The position numbers and the translations under genes were made by a program. Of a DNA stretch of 64,000 nucleotides, positions 56,848 through 64,000 are shown in pieces. The stretch comes from a virus, in IMG/VR virus record IMGVR_UViG_3300032246_002821, positions 64,001-128,000 of that record; one strand, written 5' to 3'. A model generated the notes under the pieces. It was given only the letters and a program-made list of their open reading frames with translations, had not been told where the DNA came from and searched no databases. Every line of letters starts with the position of its first letter. Positions within the stretch are counted from its first letter, which is position 1.

Positions 56848-57069
56848 TCAAGGGCGATATTTGCCATACCAGAATTTGCTGCTGTGCCGTAGTCTAAGAT
56901 TGCTTTCACGAATATGCTCCAGCAATGCTTTTGCCAGAGTAGCCTGATCTCTACGCCAGCTGACATCTTCTTCGTCGGTGATCTTATCCAGCAGATCCTG
57001 TACCATATCGATGTATGGGCAGGTGTCATCAGGTACCACAGGCTTCTTTATAACTGGACGGTGTGCCAT
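56848..57069 (-). CDS. Small hypothetical protein
   Basis: PVVPDDTCPYID motif; coupled ORF. Confidence 0.55.
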   Translation of the reverse strand: MAHRPVIKKPVVPDDTCPYIDMVQDLLDKITDEEDVSWRRDQATLAKALLEHIRESNLRLRHSSKFWYGKYRP

Positions 57070-57290
57070 GCTGCCAGTTTTTCCTCGTCCAACATCTTCT
57101 TGGCTGTCTTGACTTCTTGGGCAAAGTCGATGCCATTCTGCTCACAGTATGCTTGCAGGTCGGTCAGCAGATCTGCCACACGGTCATAGGTGTAATGCTC
57201 CACCTTGTAGCTTGCTACCATCAGCTCACCACGGCGCACACTCTTTTGATAATCGGTCATGATCTCAGTCATATACAAATCTCGCTTCAT
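57048..57290 (-). CDS. Small hypothetical protein
   Basis: Coupled ORF. Confidence 0.5.
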   Translation of the reverse strand: MKRDLYMTEIMTDYQKSVRRGELMVASYKVEHYTYDRVADLLTDLQAYCEQNGIDFAQEVKTAKKMLDEEKLAAWHTVQL

Positions 57291-57531
57291 AATTGCCAGT
57301 GGGCATATCTTTAGATGTGGGATAATGATTATTTACCACTACCCAAGCTAAGTTGTGAGCATTATCGTTTTTGCCCATCCACACTGTTTCTTCGATGGTG
57401 TGTTTGGTTACCTTCTCATAGAAAGTGATACGCAACTTGCGCTGTTCTTTTTTCTTGCTATTCTTATTGTGGCGTTGCAGCCAGCCGATCTCTGTGCTAT
57501 TCCAGATCTTATCCAACTGTTGCTTGTTCAT
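57265..57531 (-). CDS. Small basic hypothetical protein
   Basis: Start corrected to MNKQQL immediately after upstream stop. Confidence 0.5.
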   Translation of the reverse strand: MNKQQLDKIWNSTEIGWLQRHNKNSKKKEQRKLRITFYEKVTKHTIEETVWMGKNDNAHNLAWVVVNNHYPTSKDMPTGNYEARFVYD

Positions 57532-57532
57532 A

Positions 57533-58195
57533 TCATGCCTCACCCAGGGGTTCATAATTCCGCCAGGTGGTCTCATAACTGGCTTCGAAGATGTCGGGCT
57601 TGCAGGGATAAAACTCACCCCGGATGCCTTTGATGATATAGTCGCCCAGTGTAGCGATATGTTCCACCTGTGCATCACTACCATCTTCCAGTGTGCGGAT
57701 GTGTGCTTCAGTATCAGTGACCTCTCCCAAAGCATCACCGCAGAAGTCGCGCAAAACTTCTACTGTCTCGGCAGTGAAAGGCACTGCTTGTACCACTACT
57801 GGTTTCTTAACATAGTTCTGGATCACATATTCCACTTTCAGCGGGCCAGTGACAAAGTATTCTGTGTCTGTGCTATCCCAATCTTCGTTCTCCAGACCTT
57901 CCGCACCATCTTCGTTATAGATATCTTCCAGTCGTTCGATCTCATCAGGATCCATATCATCTGGCCAGGTCCATTCCTGCCAGCAACCATCATCCTGTTC
58001 CTGATCACTGATATCACCGAAGCTGAACACTTCGGTCTGACCTTCAGGATCATGACCACTGATATCCGGTTTGATTTCATAATCCCAATGCCCCCAGCGC
58101 CAACCGATCTCCAGCTGAGCTGTGAGTTCGCCATTGGTCCAGGTTTCGATCTGGGTGATGCTTTTCTTTTCTTGTGTACTGAGACGCCAGGTCAT
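57533..58195 (-). CDS. Two-domain hypothetical protein
   Basis: Acidic Trp-rich N-domain; C-domain KKPVVVQAV...GDYIIKGIRGEFYPCKPDIFEASY typical of small phage proteins. Confidence 0.65.
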   Translation of the reverse strand: MTWRLSTQEKKSITQIETWTNGELTAQLEIGWRWGHWDYEIKPDISGHDPEGQTEVFSFGDISDQEQDDGCWQEWTWPDDMDPDEIERLEDIYNEDGAEGLENEDWDSTDTEYFVTGPLKVEYVIQNYVKKPVVVQAVPFTAETVEVLRDFCGDALGEVTDTEAHIRTLEDGSDAQVEHIATLGDYIIKGIRGEFYPCKPDIFEASYETTWRNYEPLGEA

Positions 58196-58428
58196 TGTTG
58201 TTCCTCTTCTAGGGTTTGTGCTTCGGTATAGGGCAAATAGTATTCCATCATGATCTTGATAGCTTCAAAATATCGGATAGCAGTTTCCAGATCTTCCTGC
58301 TCAAAGTCTGGCAATTCACCACGGGCTCGCAGATCATATATCTGCCTACGCAGTCCACGATAGTCTGTGACTAAGATGTCACGGAACAGGGCATCAGCAG
58401 TTTCGTCACTGATATCAATCTGAGGCAT
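58192..58428 (-). CDS. Small hypothetical protein
   Basis: Coupled ORF. Confidence 0.55.
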   Translation of the reverse strand: MPQIDISDETADALFRDILVTDYRGLRRQIYDLRARGELPDFEQEDLETAIRYFEAIKIMMEYYLPYTEAQTLEEEQQ

Positions 58429-58606
58429 GGTCAGTCTCCTGAGGTTGTGCTTTCATTTGTTCTACTAGTACAGTCATCTCTTTGAGCCGTATGTCCAAGC
58501 TGTGTAGCAGAGCAGCGTTCATAGTGATCAGTTTCTTGTTCTGTTGTTGGAGATCAGCAATCTGCTGATCTCTGTTGTAGTTGTGGATCGCATCGTTGTC
58601 GGTCAT
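58415..58606 (-). CDS. Small coiled-coil protein
   Basis: Coupled ORF. Confidence 0.5.
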   Translation of the reverse strand: MTDNDAIHNYNRDQQIADLQQQNKKLITMNAALLHSLDIRLKEMTVLVEQMKAQPQETDHASD

Positions 58607-59763
58607 TTCTGTACCTTTAATAGCATAGTGTCTGCGTTGAGTCGACCATTCATTTGCACTCCAGTGGTGCTCATTTCCTCCAGCCAGCTACGCAGGGCAA
58701 CCTTGCCAGCTGCCATGAACTTCTTCATCACCACCTCGGGCTTGCGTACAGTCTTGGCCACACTGGCACTGGCATCATAACCCAGGATAGCAGTACCACG
58801 GATGCCCAGTGTACCTGAATCTGCTGCTGCCACATACTTGCCCAGCTTGCGGGTCTTTTTGTTGTAGACCCACAACTCTTTGGCGCCAATCACATCCACA
58901 GGATTGATGCTGACCAGGTTCAGTGTGGTGTCCTCAGTGCAATACTTGACCTTCTTGACCAGCTTTTCTTTGCTCACAGGCTTCTTGACGCGAGCCTTAC
59001 GCACCGCTGCCTTGACTGCACCATATGTATTCAGTGCATCTGTCAGCTTGGTATAGAACTGTTGCATACGTTTGAGGTCAGTCTTTGTGACCCACTTGTA
59101 TGCTTCTGCCAACTGGCTGTCAGCACCCTTGCCCTGGCTGGCGGTTAGCTCTGCTTCGATCTCTGCATAATAGGCAGTGATGCGGCTGACAAACTGCTGG
59201 GGCATCTTGATTTCACGAAAGTATGTGACAAAGTCCGGCAATTCAGCACCAGCAAGATAGGCGTCATACTGGGCTTCCAGTTCGCCGATGACATCATACT
59301 GCTTTTCACGCATATGATCCTGGATAGTGCGTTTGGCCTGTGGAGCTTTGACGGCTTGTTTCTCCGTCAACTTGGCTGTGCCATAGGCCAGCAATTCAGT
59401 GAGCTTGTTTGTCACATAATCCGGCACTGCATCGGGCAAGCCGTTGATCTTCATCTTGCTGAAGCTGCAAACCGTCATACCCACACGGCTGTCTTCGCAC
59501 TCTGTGAAAGCGGCTATCTCGGCCTTGCCCCACTTGAGATCGCGTTGGCCATACTGCACCACATACTTCCGCATTTCTGCGGGAGTGTGATAATAATTAT
59601 AGAAATTGTAGCTACGCAACAGGGCGAAGCGTTGCTGTTCTTCCGTGAGTTTGTCCCACTTTTCAAAGGTCAGCTCACCACCAGTGAACTTCTCGTCAGT
59701 GTATTTGGGCTGACGAATAGCGGGTTTCTTCTTGGACTTGACGCTGAGCAAACTTTTGGCCAT
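58603..59763 (-). CDS. Conserved basic phage protein, function unknown
   Basis: 386 aa, strong phage codon bias, AGGAG RBS; LWVYNKKTRKL motif. Confidence 0.7.
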   Translation of the reverse strand: MAKSLLSVKSKKKPAIRQPKYTDEKFTGGELTFEKWDKLTEEQQRFALLRSYNFYNYYHTPAEMRKYVVQYGQRDLKWGKAEIAAFTECEDSRVGMTVCSFSKMKINGLPDAVPDYVTNKLTELLAYGTAKLTEKQAVKAPQAKRTIQDHMREKQYDVIGELEAQYDAYLAGAELPDFVTYFREIKMPQQFVSRITAYYAEIEAELTASQGKGADSQLAEAYKWVTKTDLKRMQQFYTKLTDALNTYGAVKAAVRKARVKKPVSKEKLVKKVKYCTEDTTLNLVSINPVDVIGAKELWVYNKKTRKLGKYVAAADSGTLGIRGTAILGYDASASVAKTVRKPEVVMKKFMAAGKVALRSWLEEMSTTGVQMNGRLNADTMLLKVQK

Positions 59764-59786
59764 ATGGCTATCTCCTGTTTATATCG

Positions 59787-60209
59787 TCAGAATACACTGT
59801 TTAGAGCTTCTGTCAACTGATTTGTCGGCACACCGTGTGCTATGTATCCTTCAGTACACATCTGCAGATATCCCGGACTGGGTTCCTGCAGATAGTCCTG
59901 ATCTGCCATAGTATAGACCCAGGCTATTATATGGTTTCCGTGTTTGTTCATAACCCATACACGCTGGCGCAGGTAATAATCAGGAAAACCTTCAAGGATA
60001 TCAAGTGCATCCAGATCATCGTCCGACACCTGCCACAGCACGCCGTGGACAGAGTTATAATCAGCCAGTTCCACATCTGCGTGGTTACGGAATACGAAGC
60101 GATATCCGGGCAGCAACGCTTCACCCAGGCACACAGATTCAGGGCATCTGCTAGCCATCTGTTCGGGGTGAGTGTTCATTCCATACGCGAAATAAAGATG
60201 TGTGTTCAT
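59787..60209 (-). CDS. Gamma-glutamylcyclotransferase (AIG2-like)
   Basis: YFAYGMN, HGVLW, LDILEG.P..Y and PSPGY. Confidence 0.9.
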   Translation of the reverse strand: MNTHLYFAYGMNTHPEQMASRCPESVCLGEALLPGYRFVFRNHADVELADYNSVHGVLWQVSDDDLDALDILEGFPDYYLRQRVWVMNKHGNHIIAWVYTMADQDYLQEPSPGYLQMCTEGYIAHGVPTNQLTEALNSVF

Positions 60210-61393
60210 CGTGGTACCTCAGTGCAAGTGTAAAATTTCTCCTGTTGCTCACGTGCATACTGAAAAAATCTACTACGGTTATGCTGCAACTCGGGTTGCA
60301 TCTGTTCATATAAGGCCACTATAGCTGACTTTTCCAGACCTGTCAACCACTTTATTATTTCACATATTTTGTCTGTGGTTTGTGATGCCATACGTTGTGC
60401 CGTGACATCGGTCACGTCCACAGGCCAATAATTCCTGAATGTGTGAAAACCCTGTGATTCCAAGTAGTTATAAATCACAGGATTAGTGTTGAGCAGGAAA
60501 GGTCTGTGTCCTATCAATGGCTTAAACAGCTTCTCGCTGATGAACATCCTGCGGGTGTTGTTGCTGTCCACGCTGTGGTGGCTGGGTTCCAGATCGTAAA
60601 ATTGGCTTTCATTTATGATATGCAGGAAGTGACGCTGCCAAAGATCCAAGTCGCCCAGGCTCCACAGATCGTGAGGTATGTTGTTGAAATTACTGGCATC
60701 TAACACATCCAGACCGCCTGTGTCTCTGTATTGTTCGGGCGTTTCAGCTATGTTCCTGCTGTATCTGCCCCACTGTGGATCTGCAGGATCCACGCCCAAT
60801 GTCACCACTCCATAGCCAGCCAGATCCTGTTCTATCAGCTTTTTTGTCAGCATCATACGATGCATCCTGGGCTTGCGGCTGTAGCTGATAAAGAGTTTTT
60901 CCGGTGTCATCTGTGACACCTGCTCATCGCTGTACTGCTGGAATTTATCCTTGGCTATGATGGCGAAACTATCGAAAAAAGCCTTATTTTCCAATGCGGT
61001 ATAACCCATTTCGGTATATGTGTAATCCGTTTCTGTGAGGTCCAAGGCTTTGAAAAGCTGCTCTATCTCACAGGGATCCACAATCGTGATGAAAAATACT
61101 TGCCAATCTGGGCTATTCAAAGCTGTCCGTATCAGTTCAGCCTGCTGTTGTATCCAGAAAAAATGATTATTTGCCTGTATTATCAATAGGTTAGCTCCTG
61201 GATACCTATACCTGGCATAGTTTTCCACCCTGCTAAACACTTGATCTTCATAGACTTTTAAACTTGTACCCACAGGATGGGTGTGGGTGTTGCCCAATTT
61301 AATGATTTCCATAGGAATAATTATGTTGACAATGGTGGCTTGTATGCTAGTATGAGTCATAAACACAACAAGGAGCGTGTGAAATGAATGCAT
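60206..61393 (-). CDS. Hypothetical protein, possible GT10/fucosyltransferase-like
   Basis: ISYSRKPR.HR and IINES...ISEKLFKPL..RPF...GF.TF; true start probably near 61311. Confidence 0.5.
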   Translation of the reverse strand: MHSFHTLLVVFMTHTSIQATIVNIIIPMEIIKLGNTHTHPVGTSLKVYEDQVFSRVENYARYRYPGANLLIIQANNHFFWIQQQAELIRTALNSPDWQVFFITIVDPCEIEQLFKALDLTETDYTYTEMGYTALENKAFFDSFAIIAKDKFQQYSDEQVSQMTPEKLFISYSRKPRMHRMMLTKKLIEQDLAGYGVVTLGVDPADPQWGRYSRNIAETPEQYRDTGGLDVLDASNFNNIPHDLWSLGDLDLWQRHFLHIINESQFYDLEPSHHSVDSNNTRRMFISEKLFKPLIGHRPFLLNTNPVIYNYLESQGFHTFRNYWPVDVTDVTAQRMASQTTDKICEIIKWLTGLEKSAIVALYEQMQPELQHNRSRFFQYAREQQEKFYTCTEVPR

Positions 61394-61557
61394 TGGGTTG
61401 GGTGGTATTTGTGTTAGTGCTTGCGCTTTTGGGCCCAGTTATCACTATCTGGAGTCTCAACACACTGTTTCCAGTGTTGAATATTCCTTATACCCTGGAA
61501 ACCTGGGCGGCAGCTGGTGTGCTTTTCGGCAGCGCCATCTGGAAAACCAAAGATTGA
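61384..61557 (+). CDS. Small membrane protein (57 aa, not in ORF track)
   Basis: Hand-translated MNALGWVVFVLVLALLGP...AIWKTKD; AGGAG RBS. Confidence 0.6.
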   Translation: MNALGWVVFVLVLALLGPVITIWSLNTLFPVLNIPYTLETWAAAGVLFGSAIWKTKD

Positions 61558-61562
61558 GGAAG

Positions 61563-62015
61563 ATGCCAATGACTAATTTCAAAGGTCCTGTGGTAGTTGA
61601 TGTGGACGGCACCCTTGCCAACGTGCTGCATCGTCGTCACTGGGTGGCCAGCAAGCCCAAGAACTGGGCTGCTTGGAACGCCAGTATGCATCTGGACACC
61701 TGCCACGAAGACATCAGGCAGCTGGTCGTGGAACTGAGCCTGCGTCGTGAGGTTATCGTATGCACTGGGCGTGAGGACAGTTATCGTGAAGTCACAGAAA
61801 AATGGCTCACGGATAATCAGATCCCGTTCGACCGTGTGTTCATGCGCCGAGCCAAAGATTATCGTCCAGACAGCGTGGTGAAAGCAGAGCTGCTGGATCA
61901 GATCAGGCAGTGGCACGGCGAGCCTTGGATTTGGCTGGACGATCGCAATCAGGTGGTGGATGCCATCCGTGCTGCCGGAGTACGTGTCCTGCAGGTGGCA
62001 CCCGGAGATTTCTGA
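61563..62015 (+). CDS. HAD-family polynucleotide 3'-phosphatase (T4 PseT C-domain-like)
   Basis: VVDVDGTLA, CTGRED, MRRAKDYRPDS.VK and LDDRNQVV. Confidence 0.9.
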   Translation: MPMTNFKGPVVVDVDGTLANVLHRRHWVASKPKNWAAWNASMHLDTCHEDIRQLVVELSLRREVIVCTGREDSYREVTEKWLTDNQIPFDRVFMRRAKDYRPDSVVKAELLDQIRQWHGEPWIWLDDRNQVVDAIRAAGVRVLQVAPGDF

Positions 62016-62284
62016 TGTGGGGTTCGCCCCTAGAACTGGAACGTCGCAACAGGATCAAACTTGCTGTTGCGGCGTACTCCTATGAATTTGAAAACCACAG
62101 CATCATGTCAGATGGAGAATTCGACGAGTTTGCCAAATTGATCGATCCTGATATCAGCACAGGTAATTACATATTGGATCAGTTCTTCCAGCAGGAATTC
62201 CAGCCTGATACTGGGCAATGGATACACCGGCATCCAGAGCTGGACAAAATCAAGCAGTTATATCTGAGGTTTTATAAAAAATGA
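62015..62284 (+). CDS. Stand-alone NAD-ligase N-terminal (Ia)-like protein
   Basis: AAYSYEFENHSIMSDGEFD resembles LigA HEYLY.....IPDAEYD; TGATG-coupled start. Confidence 0.6.
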   Translation: MWGSPLELERRNRIKLAVAAYSYEFENHSIMSDGEFDEFAKLIDPDISTGNYILDQFFQQEFQPDTGQWIHRHPELDKIKQLYLRFYKK

Positions 62285-62475
62285 AAGAACGTGTTAAAAT
62301 ATTCATCGATCGTTGGTATGGTACGGGTTGTCCTCCCTACACTTGGCCCTTGACAATCACGCCCATTGTGCTAAGTTTGTTTCATATAAACGGCATAGAA
62401 AACGCCATAATCTTTTTCAGTGGCTTGTGTTTTGGTTTGCTGTGTGCTACTATGATTTACTTGCACAATCACTGA
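62281..62475 (+). CDS. Small membrane protein
   Basis: Two hydrophobic segments. Confidence 0.5.
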   Translation: MKERVKIFIDRWYGTGCPPYTWPLTITPIVLSLFHINGIENAIIFFSGLCFGLLCATMIYLHNH

Positions 62476-62485
62476 TAAATAAAGG

Positions 62486-63865
62486 ATGCGTGTTTTGGAA
62501 TTGTTTGAGAGCGAATATCCTGCTAAAGCTGATCTAACCAACTTGGCTAAGATAATCCACAGTGAGCTGCCTGCTATCCGTCTTAAAGTAAAGGGACGTG
62601 AACGCGGCAAGGCTGTGGCACACATCCGTGCCTATGGTGTCAGCATCGCCGAACTGGTCAGCACTATGGATCAGTTGGGTTTCGCACAAGCAGATCTAGA
62701 CAAGGAACAGACTGGTCTCACTGGCAAAGCCGGTGCCACCACATTCAGTTTTGTTAGAGAAGGCAGCAAATATACCATCATCCTGATGCCCAGCGGCACA
62801 GTACAGCGCAAGGAATTCACACCAGTGAACCTGGGCCTGGCTGGCAAGAAATTCAACAGAGATCAATTGATCACTGCTGTGGTGGAAGCTGTCAGTACCC
62901 GAGTCAAAGACGCCACACTGCGAAAGGCACTGCTGGCACTGATCGACATCGCTGTGGCAGGACAGGGCAAATTGCCTCCCGAATTGAACGCTAGCATCGA
63001 TGCTGCTCGTGGCACCATCAGCCAGGACTTCGGTGAGATCCTGGCTCCCATAATGATCATGAAACCCGATGACATCGCAGAGTTTCCAGTGGGCAACAGT
63101 CCACTGGTTGATGTTACAGTGGGTGACACCAACATCAGCGTCAAGAGCCTCACAGGTTCTGGCACTAGTTTCGCCAGCATCAGCGATCTGATGGACCGAT
63201 TCGAAGCAGGTATGCAGGCAGATGATCCGCGCCGCAGCAAATACAGTATCCTGAAACAATTCCATCCCACTAGCGGTGGCAGCAACAAAGACAAGATCAT
63301 ACGTGCCGCAGGAGCGGCTGTTATTCCTGAATACCAGCAGATGCTCAAGACACTGGGTATCAGCAGACAGGTCACCGGCTGGGCGCAGATACACGCCTGG
63401 TTGCTGTCACAAGATATCGAATATGCCGGTTATGGAGAATGGTTACAGGGCGTTTATCCCATTATGATAGCAGGCGGTTGGGGTAGACCCGCAGGATTAC
63501 CGGCAGATGGTCAGCACTATATGGCCAAGCCTAATGCTCCTGATTTGCCACAACAGAAAAAAGCCGGCAAACGGGCCTTCGATCAGAATCCAGCCGCGGC
63601 AGGCGCAGACATCCTCACATACGTGCTGGGTGTGGGCTTGCTCAACTATGTCCGTAAGGGAAAAGACGCTCCAGACTACAGCCAGATGATGACAGACATT
63701 GTCAGCCAGAGCAACGCAGTGATCGGCAAGATCGACATCACGCTGGACGGCAGCTTGCGTCTGGTCACCAGACCATTCAGCGAACTGCAATTCGCTTTCC
63801 AGTATCACGCACCCAGCCATATCCCCGGCAACAATCTGCCGGGATTCATCGCACTTAATGTTTGA
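62486..63865 (+). CDS. Putative PD-(D/E)xK nuclease with head-targeting-like N-terminus
   Basis: DFGE...FP.GNSPLVD.....ISVKS pattern; MRVLELFESE; TAAATA 4 nt before ATG. Confidence 0.5.
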   Translation: MRVLELFESEYPAKADLTNLAKIIHSELPAIRLKVKGRERGKAVAHIRAYGVSIAELVSTMDQLGFAQADLDKEQTGLTGKAGATTFSFVREGSKYTIILMPSGTVQRKEFTPVNLGLAGKKFNRDQLITAVVEAVSTRVKDATLRKALLALIDIAVAGQGKLPPELNASIDAARGTISQDFGEILAPIMIMKPDDIAEFPVGNSPLVDVTVGDTNISVKSLTGSGTSFASISDLMDRFEAGMQADDPRRSKYSILKQFHPTSGGSNKDKIIRAAGAAVIPEYQQMLKTLGISRQVTGWAQIHAWLLSQDIEYAGYGEWLQGVYPIMIAGGWGRPAGLPADGQHYMAKPNAPDLPQQKKAGKRAFDQNPAAAGADILTYVLGVGLLNYVRKGKDAPDYSQMMTDIVSQSNAVIGKIDITLDGSLRLVTRPFSELQFAFQYHAPSHIPGNNLPGFIALNV

Positions 63866-63890
63866 CATTTAACTGTTCCAGTGCTAGGAT
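63862..63890 (+). promoter_or_regulatory. sigma70-like promoter of DNA methyltransferase
   Basis: TTGACA-17bp-TAGGAT. Confidence 0.65.
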
Positions 63891-63896
63891 GATAAA

Positions 63897-64000
63897 ATGA
63901 TAACTTTATTGAACACAGACTGTCTGCAGGCTGACGTGGCGGATAACAGCATCGATCTGCTGTTGACTGACCCCCCTTATAACATCAGTTCAGATGGTGC
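63897..64000 (+). CDS. N4/N6 DNA methyltransferase (beta class), truncated by window end
   Basis: Hand-translated MITLLNTDCLQADVADNSIDLLLTDPPYNISSDG, containing the DPPY catalytic motif IV. Confidence 0.85.
   Translation, partial: MITLLNTDCLQADVADNSIDLLLTDPPYNISSDG

Noticed and set aside
1-64000. Alternative genetic code (stop-codon reassignment)
   Set aside because: Core genes are full length under code 11, with tight TAA/TGA-ATG coupling; the only tRNA is Ala, not a suppressor

Overview
64 kb segment of a large T4-like (jumbo-type) myovirus genome, mostly encoded on the minus strand. It has no rRNA or host housekeeping operons. Modules in order: (1) replication, 1-12 kb: a window-truncated DnaE-like family-C polymerase, gp41 helicase, gp61 primase, a second 186-aa 'mini-DnaE', gp62 clamp-loader subunit, UvsW and an ATPase. 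(2) tRNA-Ala(UGC) and an alphaproteobacterial-type outer-membrane beta-barrel, which hints at a Hyphomicrobiales-like host. (3) A ~10 kb nucleotide-sugar/glycosylation cluster, 14.4-24.3 kb: Gmd, a GDP-mannose epimerase-like enzyme, a sugar C-methyltransferase, an SDR and several glycosyltransferase-like genes. (4) UvsY, UvsX, gp32 and a radical SAM gene. (5) Morphogenesis, 29-52 kb: two very large Pro-rich repeat proteins, TerL, HNH, proteins with T4 capsid-targeting-like N-termini, a TerS candidate, gp4, tube, a 1124-aa sheath, dNMP kinase and gp13. (6) An accessory region, 52-64 kb: B12-radical SAM, MBD4-like glycosylase, SGNH proteins, GGCT, PNKP-type phosphatase, a stand-alone LigA-Ia-like protein, and a putative PD-(D/E)xK nuclease next to a DNA methyltransferase truncated at the window end. 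Both sigma70-like early promoters and TAAATA late promoters are visible. All calls come from motif recognition by eye; no database searches were run.
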